Source of the DNA: Chloroflexaceae bacterium
GTDB lineage: Bacteria > Chloroflexota > Chloroflexia > Chloroflexales > Chloroflexaceae
Assembly (NCBI GenBank): GCA_046719255.1
Contig: JBDNDG010000001.1
Location: 1-56,858, forward strand
DNA: 56,858 nt
Reading direction: 5' to 3'
The notes under the pieces were generated by a model. It ran no database searches. It saw only the letters and a program-made list of their open reading frames with translations, and was not told the origin of the DNA. Numbering within the stretch: position 1 is the first letter of the stretch; the number at the start of each line of letters is the position of its first letter. The position numbers were made by a program, and so were the translations under genes. Of the stretch, positions 36,236 to 45,477 are shown in pieces.

Positions 36236-39200
36236 ATGGTCCCCATCCGGCTCACGCTCGCCAACTTCATGTGCTACCGCGCCGCACGCGATGGAGAGGC
36301 GCCAACGCTGTGTTTCGAGGGTCTCCACGTTGTTTGCCTCAGTGGCGAGAATGGCGCCGGCAAGTCGGCCCTGCTCGACGCGATCACCTGGGCGCTCTGG
36401 GGCGAGGCTCGCGTCGCCGATGATGACCTGATCTCCCAGGGCGCCAGCGAGATGTTCGTGGATCTGGAGTTTTGCCTGGGGCCACAACGCTACCGCGTGC
36501 GCCGGGCCCGCCAGCGCGGCGGGGTTGGTAAGCGCGGCGGCCAGAGCGCGGGCAAGAGCCAGCTCGATGTGTTTGTGCGTGATGGCGAACGCTGGCTCTC
36601 CATCGGTGAAAACGGGGTCCGCGAAACGCAGCAGCAGATCAACGCCCTGCTGCGAATGTCGTACCAGACCTTCATCAACGCTTCGTTCTTGCTGCAGGGC
36701 CGCGCCGACGAGTTTACCGCCCGCACCCCCGCCGAGCGCAAGCAGGTGCTGGCCGACATCCTCGACCTGGGCGAGTACGCGGCGCTGGAGGTGCGGGCAA
36801 AGGAGCGCGCCCGGGCCCTCGATGATCAGCTTAAGGGGCTCCGGGGGCGCATTGACCACCTGAGCGAGCAGGCCGGGCAGGTCCCCTTCTGGGAGGAGCA
36901 GGTGCGGGCCGCCGAGGAGCACACCGCGCAGGTCGAAGCGCGTTACGCGCACAGGCGCGACGAGCACGCTGCCGCCGTTGAACGCCTGCGCCTGCTGGAG
37001 GCCCGCGCCGAACGGCGCAGGGAAGTGCAGCGCCTGCTGGCCGAACGCCGCGCTGATCTGCTGCGGCGCGATCACGACCTGGCCGAATTGCGCGCCCGCA
37101 TCGCCGGCGCTGAGGCGCTGCTGGCCCGTCGCGACGAGATCCGCGCTGGCGTGCAGGCACTGGCTGCTGCCCGCGCCGAGCTCGAGCGCCTGGACGGCCT
37201 GCGCGACCGCCACGGGGAGCTGTCGCAGCGTTATGACGAGCTGCGCCGGCAGTTCGCCGAGGAGAAGGCCAACCTGCGCGAACGCCTGCGCGCCGCCCAG
37301 GCCCGGCAGGAGGATCTCGCGCGCCGGGCGGAGCGCCGCGACGCGCTGCTTGCTGAGCTTGACGCCCTCGCCGCTCGTCTCAACGCCCTCAACCCCCTGG
37401 CCGCTGAACGCACGCGTCGCGCCGCTGAGGCCGAGGACCTCGCCCGACAGGCCGCCCGCATTGACGACGTGCTGCGCCGACGCGAGAGCCTCACCGCAAC
37501 CCTTCAGGCGCGCCGTGAGGCCCTGCGGAACGCCTGCGACACACGCCGCGCCGACCTGGAACGCCTCGAGGCCCAGCTGGCCGAAGCTGAACGCTGGAGC
37601 GCCGACCTGGTCACGGCTCGCGCCGACCGCCTCGCCCTTGGCGAAGCCGGGCACCGCCTCGCCGCCTTGCGGGCCGCCGAGCAGGCCACGATCGAACGAC
37701 TCAGCACCGTGCGGGCAACCGGTCAGGCCGCCCAGAACGAGAGTAAAAAGCTCAAACGCAATCAGGCCCTCCTCGACGAGGGCGCCAGCGTCTGCCCGGT
37801 CTGCGGCTCGTCCCTCGGCGCCGAAGGCCTTGCCGGGGTGCGCCGCCACTACGACGCCGAGCTGGACCGCCTGCGCGAGGTTGAAACCGCTGCGCACCGG
37901 GAGGCGCGCCAGCTTGAAAGCGACCTCGAAGCCACGCGCAGCGCGATTACCGCCCTTGAGATGACCATCAGCGCGCTCCAGAACTCGGCGGCGCGCATCG
38001 AAACCCTGGAGCGCCAGCTCGCAGCGGTTGCGTCCTGGCGTGCCGAAGCTGAAACGCGCCGCGCTGAACTGGACGACCTGCGCGCCCGGCTCGCCGCCGA
38101 TGCGATTGACCCGCCCACGCAGGCGGAACTGGCCGCGCTTACTGCCGACCTGGAGCTGCTGGGCGACCCGCAGGAACTGGCCCGGACCCGCCGGATGCTC
38201 GAAGAACGCCTCGCTGAGCTGGACCAGCAACTCCACAGCCGTGGACAACTCGAGGGTCGCCAGGAGGCCCATCGGGAGGAACTGCGGCGCATCGAAGGCG
38301 ATCTGGGCCACCTGCCGGGCTTGATCGCCGAGATCGCGGAACTCCAGCGCGTGATTGACAGCAACGACTTCGCCCACGCGGTACGCGACGAGGGTCTGGC
38401 CGTTCGGGCGGCCATCGAGGCCCTTGGCTACGACCAGGAGGCGCACACCGCCGTTCGGGAGCAGGTGCGCGCCCTGCGCCACTGGGAAGAAGAGGAGCGC
38501 GCCCTGGCCGTCGCGCAGGAGGGCCTCAACCGTGACCGCACCATGTTGCTCCAGAACGAAGAACTGCGTGCCCGTGACACTGCCGAGGTCGAGCGCCTCA
38601 GCCGCGAAGACGCGCTGCTGGAGCAGGAGCTGCGCGAGTTGCCGCGGGCGCAGGCGCTTGTGGCCGAACTCCAGCAGGTGGTGAGCGCCACCGACCGGGA
38701 GTTGCAGGCCGCCCGGCATGATCAGGCCGAGAAAAGCTCCTACCTGCGGCAGGCCCGGGCCGCTGCCGCAGAGCTGGAGCAGGCCCGTAGTGAAGAGCGC
38801 GCCCTGCAAGAACGCTACGGCCTGTTTGCCGAACTCAGCGAAGCTTTCGGCAAGAAAGGCGTGCAGGCGATGCTCATCGAAACGGCCATCCCGCAGATCG
38901 AAGATGAAGCCAACCGGCTCCTGGGACGCATGACCGACAATCAGATGCACGTCAGCTTCGAGATGCAGCGCGACACGAAAAAGGGCGACACGGTCGAGAC
39001 CCTGGAGATCAAGATCGCCGACACCCTCGGTACCCGCGTCTACGACGCCTTCAGTGGCGGCGAAGCCATGCGCGCCAACTTCGCCATTCGCATCGCCCTC
39101 TCGCGGCTCCTCGCCCGCCGCGCCGGCGCGCGCCTCGAAACCCTGGTGATTGACGAAGGATTCGGCGTCCTCGATGCCACCGGCCGCGAACGCATGGTCG

Positions 39201-39334
39201 AGGCGATCACCAGCGTTCAAGACGATTTCAAACGCATTATCGTCATCACCCACATCGATGATATCAAAGAGCGTTTCCCGGCCCACATCGAGGTGACCAG
39301 GACCCCGCTCGGTTCACGCTGGGAGATCCGTTAG
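36236..39334 (+). CDS. sbcC: SbcC/Rad50-family ATPase with central zinc hook
   Basis: Start trimmed to ATG 36236. Walker A 'GENGAGKSALLDAI', Q-loop 'FLLQGRADEF', ~700-aa coiled coil with hook 'CPVCGS', signature 'FSGGEAMR', Walker B 'LVIDEGFG', 'ITHID'. Confidence 0.85.
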   Translation: MVPIRLTLANFMCYRAARDGEAPTLCFEGLHVVCLSGENGAGKSALLDAITWALWGEARVADDDLISQGASEMFVDLEFCLGPQRYRVRRARQRGGVGKRGGQSAGKSQLDVFVRDGERWLSIGENGVRETQQQINALLRMSYQTFINASFLLQGRADEFTARTPAERKQVLADILDLGEYAALEVRAKERARALDDQLKGLRGRIDHLSEQAGQVPFWEEQVRAAEEHTAQVEARYAHRRDEHAAAVERLRLLEARAERRREVQRLLAERRADLLRRDHDLAELRARIAGAEALLARRDEIRAGVQALAAARAELERLDGLRDRHGELSQRYDELRRQFAEEKANLRERLRAAQARQEDLARRAERRDALLAELDALAARLNALNPLAAERTRRAAEAEDLARQAARIDDVLRRRESLTATLQARREALRNACDTRRADLERLEAQLAEAERWSADLVTARADRLALGEAGHRLAALRAAEQATIERLSTVRATGQAAQNESKKLKRNQALLDEGASVCPVCGSSLGAEGLAGVRRHYDAELDRLREVETAAHREARQLESDLEATRSAITALEMTISALQNSAARIETLERQLAAVASWRAEAETRRAELDDLRARLAADAIDPPTQAELAALTADLELLGDPQELARTRRMLEERLAELDQQLHSRGQLEGRQEAHREELRRIEGDLGHLPGLIAEIAELQRVIDSNDFAHAVRDEGLAVRAAIEALGYDQEAHTAVREQVRALRHWEEEERALAVAQEGLNRDRTMLLQNEELRARDTAEVERLSREDALLEQELRELPRAQALVAELQQVVSATDRELQAARHDQAEKSSYLRQARAAAAELEQARSEERALQERYGLFAELSEAFGKKGVQAMLIETAIPQIEDEANRLLGRMTDNQMHVSFEMQRDTKKGDTVETLEIKIADTLGTRVYDAFSGGEAMRANFAIRIALSRLLARRAGARLETLVIDEGFGVLDATGRERMVEAITSVQDDFKRIIVITHIDDIKERFPAHIEVTRTPLGSRWEIR

Positions 39335-39596
39335 ACTCCCCTCGCGGCTGCGCCGCACAACGACACGGTAAAACACGGAGAGGCACAGCGCCACTGCGCC
39401 TCTCCTCCCAAACCCTCCCCGCAGGGAGCCGCATGGGGAAACCCGGGTTCCGCGATATTCACATCAGGTTCTCCTGAGGTCAATGCGAGGAACGCGCCAT
39501 CGCCTCCAGCCAGCGCCGGTAGTATCATCAAGGCGCGGCCCGGCTTCCGCCCGGAAAGCCGGCGTGCGCAAGGCGTCTGACCAGAGGAGGCCCCGT

Positions 39597-40730
39597 ATGC
39601 GCCGTTGCGTTCTTCGCACCTCCGTCATCATTGTACTGGCCCTGGTCTTGCTGGCCACTCTGACCGCAGCGATGCCCACCCGGGCCCGGCAACGCACTCG
39701 TTGCTTCCCCGAAACCGGCTACTGCGTCTCCGGGTACATCCTCGACTACTGGGAACGTAACGGTGGCCTCGCTGTATTCGGCTATCCGATTACCGAACAA
39801 CGCAACGAGACCGTTGAAGGCACATGGACCGGCCCGGTCCAGTGGTTCGAGCGCGACCGCCTGGAGGACCACAGCAGTGAGGGTCTGGGCGTCCTGGCCG
39901 GGCGCCTGGGCGCCCGCGTCCTCGAGTTGCAGGGCCGTCCCTGGCAGATCCTGCCCCGTGCCACGGCCTCGCCTCACGGCTGTCGCTTCTTCCCCGAAAC
40001 CGGTCACACCGTCTGCGGCATCTTTCTGCGCTACTGGGAGCGCAACGGGGGTCTGATGCGCTTTGGCTATCCGATCAGTGAGCCACGCATCGAAACCCTG
40101 GAGACCTGGACGGGAATGGTGCAGTACTTTGAGCGTCGGCGCATGGAGCATCATATCGAACTGGCCGGCACGCCCTACGAGGTGCTGCTGGGGTTGCTTG
40201 GGCGCGACATCCTGAACGTGAGCGGGATGCCCGCCTGTACCGATCCCATTCGCCCCGTGGCCTCTGGCCTGGAGGCACGCATCGGTGACAGCCAGTTTCG
40301 TCACTCGCTCTTCTGTCCGGGTCAGACCTATGCTGGCATCCCGGCGGCCTTTCAACCTTTCCAGCACGGAGCAATGATCTGGCTCGATCTGAGCGAAGCC
40401 GGCCGTTCGATCATTGTGGCCAAAGACGCGGGGCGTCCCGCCCCAGAGCGCTCGTATTTCATTGCCCCGGACAGCTATCGGGAAGGTGAACCGCTGCCTC
40501 CCGCCGGCGATCCGCCGCCTGGCCTGTACGTGCCCGTGCGGGGTTTCTACAAACTCTGGTACGGAAGCCGGGGCCAGGGTCAGTGGATGGGCTACGGCAC
40601 CGCCCCTGAGCGCGCCGAGCGCGCCAATGTGCAGTTCTTCGGCGGCGGGGGAGTGGTTGTACACCTGCTCGAAACTGACCGGGTCTGGATCTTCGGCTCA
40701 CGATACAACTACTGGGAGTGGAATCAGTAG
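39597..40730 (+). CDS. secreted protein with duplicated 'CFPETG..YWERNGGL..FGYPI(T/S)E..Q(W/Y)FER' modules (LGFP-repeat-like)
   Basis: GAGGAGG precedes ATG 39597. Has a signal peptide and two clear ~60-aa repeats. The family assignment is tentative. Confidence 0.6.
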   Translation: MRRCVLRTSVIIVLALVLLATLTAAMPTRARQRTRCFPETGYCVSGYILDYWERNGGLAVFGYPITEQRNETVEGTWTGPVQWFERDRLEDHSSEGLGVLAGRLGARVLELQGRPWQILPRATASPHGCRFFPETGHTVCGIFLRYWERNGGLMRFGYPISEPRIETLETWTGMVQYFERRRMEHHIELAGTPYEVLLGLLGRDILNVSGMPACTDPIRPVASGLEARIGDSQFRHSLFCPGQTYAGIPAAFQPFQHGAMIWLDLSEAGRSIIVAKDAGRPAPERSYFIAPDSYREGEPLPPAGDPPPGLYVPVRGFYKLWYGSRGQGQWMGYGTAPERAERANVQFFGGGGVVVHLLETDRVWIFGSRYNYWEWNQ

Positions 40731-40931
40731 TGAGCGAGGCATCCGTGAAAAAACCCGTCAGGTACGGCAGCTTGCGACGGTGCCCTGAGCGCCGGCAAGC
40801 AGCGCTACCGCACCTGACAGGTCGGTATCAGGATGGACTGGAGTGCTGGAGGTTTGATACAATCACGTACGGCTCCCATATAAGAGCCACACTAACCTCA
40901 TCATACGCTACTACCAACCAGGAGGATCCCG

Positions 40932-42098
40932 TTGCGATCACGACAATTTCTCGCCACAACTCTGCTCGCCGGTATGCTCTTTACTATGGGGTGCAGCAAT
41001 TTGCCATTCATATCGCAGAGGTCTGCACAACCAACGCCATCGCCGAGCGTTCCTTCAGGCAGCCCAACAGCGCCTGTTGCTGCACAACCAGCTCAGGAAT
41101 CGGCAGGCAACCCGACGCAGAACCTCCCTGGAGTATCGCAACCAACGAATCCATCAGCGCCCGTTGAAGGAGGAAGTGACACGATCCGGATTCCGGCAAG
41201 CCAGGAGAACCTGGCGAAACTCGAGAGTTACCGTGTCACGATTAACTGGACGATGAATGGCAAGATGTCGGATGGCACGAAGGTTGACACACGAACGACA
41301 TACACCCAGGCACTTCATCGACCCAGCAATACGTCGTATACGCTGGTTATCGAAGAAAAACCTGGCACACCTTCCAACCGCTCTGAAATCTACAGCGTCG
41401 GTGATACACTGTATATGTACCAGCGTCAGGATGGCACAGAGATGTGCTCGCCAGCCATGATGGCCGGTATGGGTAATATGCTTCGCAATATTATCGACTC
41501 AATGACCGCTCCGGTGCAGGTTGGCATGGCACAACTCGTCAATCGCGGTGAGACAGTCAATGGCGTTCTGACCGATCACTACACTCTCGATCAGGAAACG
41601 ATCAATCAGTTCGGCGCCACAGTCGAAAAGGCCGACCTCTGGGTTGCGCGCGACGGCGGATACCTGGTCAGGTATGACCTGACCATCGAGGTTACGCCCA
41701 ATTCAACTGGTTGGGCAGACTCGCTGCGTGGCGCTGATCCGATGTCTGAAGGTACGATTGTCTACAACTGGTCACTCGAAGATATCAACAAAACCACTGT
41801 TACCATACCGTCCACATGCGGCGAACAAGCGGTTGGCCTCGATCTGCCCCTGCCGCCAGGAACTCAGGTCGATCTGGCAATCCCGAATACCAGTATGGGC
41901 AAAGTCAATGCCAGCATCGACTCGGTCATGGCATTCTTCAAGTCGGAATATCCAAAACTCGGGTATAACCTGACATACGAGTATGGCGACCCGCAGAACG
42001 GATACATGCTCACGTTCCAAAAGGACTCACGGCAGGTGATGGTTCAGTTCTCGACCACGTCAGACGGTTCGGTGCAGATCACTCTAACACGTAACTGA
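40932..42098 (+). CDS. lipoprotein of unknown function in a low-GC islet
   Basis: TTG start 5 nt after GGAGGA. Lipobox 'LFTMGC' and a Pro/Ser-rich linker. Sampled lines are 47-53% GC against ~65-70% in the flanks. Confidence 0.65.
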   Translation: MRSRQFLATTLLAGMLFTMGCSNLPFISQRSAQPTPSPSVPSGSPTAPVAAQPAQESAGNPTQNLPGVSQPTNPSAPVEGGSDTIRIPASQENLAKLESYRVTINWTMNGKMSDGTKVDTRTTYTQALHRPSNTSYTLVIEEKPGTPSNRSEIYSVGDTLYMYQRQDGTEMCSPAMMAGMGNMLRNIIDSMTAPVQVGMAQLVNRGETVNGVLTDHYTLDQETINQFGATVEKADLWVARDGGYLVRYDLTIEVTPNSTGWADSLRGADPMSEGTIVYNWSLEDINKTTVTIPSTCGEQAVGLDLPLPPGTQVDLAIPNTSMGKVNASIDSVMAFFKSEYPKLGYNLTYEYGDPQNGYMLTFQKDSRQVMVQFSTTSDGSVQITLTRN

Positions 42099-42166
42099 CC
42101 GGCGAAGATTATCACACAGTAAGATGCCAGAGAGGGCTGCGCCCGCTCATGTCGTCTCGAGGGGGT

Positions 42167-42253
42167 GGGGAACCGGGTTTTCCCGTGCCCCTGCCTGTGG
42201 GAACGCCAGGCGACCCCAACCGCGGTCGGGGTATGGGGAAACCGGGTTTCCTC
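42167..42253. repeat. two module A-like hairpins (42167..42184, 42235..42253)
   Basis: Seen directly. Confidence 0.85.
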
Positions 42254-42425
42254 ATATCCCTGCCCGGGGGAGGGTCTGGGAGTAGGGATAAGCCTGTCGA
42301 ATCGCGTTCTTGCCGTTTGGGGCGACAGACGCGCCCGGCACGGATTGGCGGATGGGGGACCCGGGGGGCTCCCCGTATCTTTCCCTGCCTGCACCACATA
42401 CCCCCTGGCGCCCTCTACGGGGCCG

Positions 42426-42434
42426 TGCTACAAT
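42426..42434 (+). promoter_or_regulatory. extended -10 element TGcTACAAT
   Basis: Seen directly, 66 nt upstream of the small ORF at 42500. Confidence 0.4.
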
Positions 42435-42499
42435 AGGGCACACCGTAGTGCCGCGCCGGCACGTGAATGCGCCTGACAGGCGCCTGGTTCGGAGCCCGT

Positions 42500-42637
42500 A
42501 TGTACACCGTCGCGCTGATTGTTCGCTACGGCTTTCTCATCGCGCTGGCCGTCGAGGCCGTCCTGATTGCGCGGGCGTTCCTGGGCCTTATGCGTGAGAA
42601 GGCCATGGCCTCAGCGACGCCGCCTGCCGAGGAGTAG
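42500..42637 (+). CDS. 45-aa hydrophobic small protein (not in the ORF track)
   Basis: ATG lies 5 nt after GGAG. Sequence MYTVALIVRYGFLIALAVEAVLIARAFLGLMREKAMASATPPAEE, with one predicted TM helix. Its stop lies 3 nt before the GTG of the next gene. Confidence 0.4.
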   Translation: MYTVALIVRYGFLIALAVEAVLIARAFLGLMREKAMASATPPAEE

Positions 42638-42640
42638 TGC

Positions 42641-43528
42641 GTGCGCCATCGGATCCTGCACATCTCGGACATCCACGCCGGCCCGCCGTTTCTGCACGCG
42701 ATCGCCGAGTGTCTGATCCGTCAGGCGCCCTCCTTTAAGCCGGATCTGGTCGTGATCTCGGGCGACTTTGTGCAGCGCGCCGACATTGCCATGCACTGGC
42801 GCGCTGCCAATGCTTTGCGCGCCGCCCTGCCCGGCCCGCAACTTGTCGTGCCGGGCAATCACGATGTACCGCTCTACAACCTGCACCTGCGTCTCTTCAA
42901 CCCCCTCGGGCGTTACCGCCGCCACATCAGTCGTGAGCTTAACCCGGTCTTCGAGCGCCCTGGCCTGGTGGTTGTGGGCGCCTGCACCGCCCACGGGCTG
43001 ACATTCGACGGTGGACGCCTGAGCCGTCGCCAGGCGCTGGCGCTGCGCCAGCGCCTCAGCGGCTACCCGCCCGAGGTGTGTAAGGTGGTGGTCTGGCACC
43101 ACCCCGTTGTCAACCCGCCTGGCCTGCGCCGCAATCGGGTCATGGATAATCCCCGCCCCGCGGTGCGTCTCCTCAGTGAACTGGGGGCCGAGTTGCTGCT
43201 GTGCGGCCATGTTCATGTCTCCTATGTCGGCCATACCCTCGATGTAAGCCCCGACCTGCACCAGGGGACGATCATCTGCCAGAGCGGCACCACGACCTCG
43301 CAGCGCGGCAAGGGACGCGAGCACGGTAAGAACTCCTGCAACCTGATTGACATCGATCCCGAACGTATCCGGATCACTCAACTGTTGTACGAGGCCGGCC
43401 CCGATGCGTTTGTGCCTGCAGCCACCTACACCTTCCCCCGTCGCCATAGCGGCGATCCGCGGGCGCTCCAGCCAGTTACAGGCGAGGCACTGATGGGTCA
43501 GGCGTTGCCGTTGAAAGAAGATCTGTGA
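42641..43528 (+). CDS. calcineurin-like metallophosphoesterase (Icc/CpdA-like)
   Basis: 'ILHISDIHAG', 'VISGDFVQ', 'VPGNHD', 'VVWHHP' and 'CGHVH' motifs. 295 aa, GTG start. Confidence 0.8.
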   Translation: MRHRILHISDIHAGPPFLHAIAECLIRQAPSFKPDLVVISGDFVQRADIAMHWRAANALRAALPGPQLVVPGNHDVPLYNLHLRLFNPLGRYRRHISRELNPVFERPGLVVVGACTAHGLTFDGGRLSRRQALALRQRLSGYPPEVCKVVVWHHPVVNPPGLRRNRVMDNPRPAVRLLSELGAELLLCGHVHVSYVGHTLDVSPDLHQGTIICQSGTTTSQRGKGREHGKNSCNLIDIDPERIRITQLLYEAGPDAFVPAATYTFPRRHSGDPRALQPVTGEALMGQALPLKEDL

Positions 43529-43639
43529 GGGCTGCGCCCTCACAGGCCCTCCCGCGCGATGAAAAGAGGCTCTCCCGGAAGGGCTTCGCCCCCCCTGACC
43601 CTCCCGCGCACGGTCTATTTTTGGCGTTCATGCTCACAT

Positions 43640-44284
43640 ATGGTCCATCTCGAGCAACAAATTGCCGCACTCCGCCAGGCGATGGCCGATGCGGCGCCGG
43701 TCGCGATCGAGGAATTGCTTGTGCTGCGCGACCTCAGCGGCGCCTCGATCCGGCCCATGCACCCTCCGCCCGGCGTAACGCCCCGCGAGGCGGCAGTGCT
43801 CGTGTTGTTCTACCCGAGTGAGGGCGAACTCTGGCTGCCTTTGACAGTACGCTCTGCCCGCCTGACCACCCATCGCGGCGAGGTTTCGCTACCGGGGGGA
43901 GGGACCGACCCTGATGATGGTGGCCCGGTCGGCACAGCTTTGCGCGAAGCCTGGGAGGAACTGGGCATCCGGTCAGCCAATGTCGAGGTGCTCGGTACCC
44001 TGACGCCGTTCTACATTCCGCCCAGCAACAACCGGCTCACGCCGGTGGTCGGTCTGAGCAGCAGCGAGCTTGACCTGCGTCCGGACCCTGACGAGGTCGA
44101 GGCGGCCTTCAGTGTGCCGCTCCGCGTCCTGTTGGACCCGGCCACCATCCGAGAGGAGGTTTGGGAGCGGCGCGAGTTGCGCATGCGCGTACCCTACTTT
44201 GCCCTCGAGGGCTACAAGGTCTGGGGCGCGACGGCGCTGCTGCTCAGCGAGCTGGTGGCGCGCCTGCGGCGGGTCGGATTGTGA
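43640..44284 (+). CDS. NUDIX hydrolase, CoA pyrophosphatase-like
   Basis: Nudix box 'LPGGGTDPDDGGPVGTALREAWEELGI'. Start trimmed to ATG 43640. Confidence 0.8.
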   Translation: MVHLEQQIAALRQAMADAAPVAIEELLVLRDLSGASIRPMHPPPGVTPREAAVLVLFYPSEGELWLPLTVRSARLTTHRGEVSLPGGGTDPDDGGPVGTALREAWEELGIRSANVEVLGTLTPFYIPPSNNRLTPVVGLSSSELDLRPDPDEVEAAFSVPLRVLLDPATIREEVWERRELRMRVPYFALEGYKVWGATALLLSELVARLRRVGL

Positions 44285-44324
44285 GCGTGCGGCGGGTATA
44301 CCCAGTTTCCTGGACCGTGTTGCC

Positions 44325-45284
44325 ATGCTCAACACCTTCCATCTGCGCACCTTCCTGGCCGTGGTTGACACGGGCAATTATTCCGCTGCTGCAGCGGCCC
44401 TGCACATGACGCAGCCGGCGGTGAGCCAGCAGATCCGCGCCCTGGAGGAGCAACTCGGTGGTATCCGTCTCTTCCGCCGGGTAGGCCAGCGGATGGCGCT
44501 CACCCATGCCGGGGAAGAGTTGTTGCCCACAGCCCGAGAGCTGGTGCGTCTCGCCGAACGGGCCGAAGAGACGCTGATGGCGCTCAAAGGGCAGGTGGCG
44601 GGGCGTGTGGTGCTGGGCTGCACGCCGGGTGGGGGCGAGCGCCTGCTCCCGCGCTTGCTGGCCGAATTTCGCGATCAGTTTCCCGGCGTTGGCCTGGAGC
44701 TGGTGGTCGCCTCGACCGAGGTCCTGCTCGACGGCCTCGCCGACCGCAGCCTGAACCTGGCGCTCCTCCAGGAACCGCAGCGCCGCCGCGGTCTCGAATC
44801 GACCTTGCTCGCGGCCGAGCCGCTGATCCTCGCCGCGCCGGTGGGCCACGCCGTGCTCAAGCAGGAGCAACTCCCCCCCGCGGCCCTGTGCGAGTATCCC
44901 CTGATTCTGCCGCGTAGCGGCACGACCCTGCGTCGGGTGATCGAGGATCTGCTCCGGCGGCGAGGCGTAGCCCTGGCCGATCTGCGTCCGTGCCTGGAAA
45001 CCGACAGCGCCACGGCCCAACTCCAGGCCGTGCGCGCCGGCCTGGGGCTGGCCTTCCTGCCCCGGAGTTGCGCACCAGCCCGCGGCGAGGGGGTGGGCCA
45101 CGTCGATCTCGCCGGCGCACCCCCGGAGGTGGCCTGGTTTCTGGTCCGTGTTCGCGAGCGCAGCGGCCCCGGCGCCACCCAATCGTTGTACAACTTTCTC
45201 ACCGGGCCGCAGGGTCAGGCGATCATCGCCCGCGCCGGGCTGCAACCGCCCCCCGAGCCCCGGCCACCACCGGTGGAGCGCTGA
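44325..45284 (+). CDS. LysR-family transcriptional regulator
   Basis: 'FHLRTFLAVVDTGNYSAAAAALHMTQPAVSQQIRALEEQLG' HTH followed by a substrate-binding domain. Start trimmed to ATG 44325. Confidence 0.9.
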   Translation: MLNTFHLRTFLAVVDTGNYSAAAAALHMTQPAVSQQIRALEEQLGGIRLFRRVGQRMALTHAGEELLPTARELVRLAERAEETLMALKGQVAGRVVLGCTPGGGERLLPRLLAEFRDQFPGVGLELVVASTEVLLDGLADRSLNLALLQEPQRRRGLESTLLAAEPLILAAPVGHAVLKQEQLPPAALCEYPLILPRSGTTLRRVIEDLLRRRGVALADLRPCLETDSATAQLQAVRAGLGLAFLPRSCAPARGEGVGHVDLAGAPPEVAWFLVRVRERSGPGATQSLYNFLTGPQGQAIIARAGLQPPPEPRPPPVER

Positions 45285-45361
45285 GGCGTCTTTCGCCCGG
45301 CAGCTCCAGGAGGAGACGACCCCCTGCCGGGGTGGCAAGCCCTCCGTACCGGGAAGGGTTT

Positions 45362-45380
45362 GGGAGGGCTGCGCCCTCCC
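45362..45380. repeat. module B hairpin
   Basis: Exact gggagggctgcgccctccc, with a 'ttcattcctgaagtgtgcgacgcagccgtacgg' module downstream. Confidence 0.9.
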
Positions 45381-45477
45381 AGAAGAAACTCTCTTTTCAT
45401 TCCTGAAGTGTGCGACGCAGCCGTACGGACGGCTGAACGCCAGCTCATCAAGCGAATTTGAACCATACCCGACGGCG

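Noticed and set aside
36236-43528. The SbcC-like ATPase plus downstream genes as a Lamassu/Wadjet-type SMC defence system.
   Set aside because: The protein has the canonical SbcC zinc hook and size. The downstream genes are a secreted repeat protein and a lipoprotein with their own starts. No kleisin-, JetD- or LmuA-like effector is recognisable.
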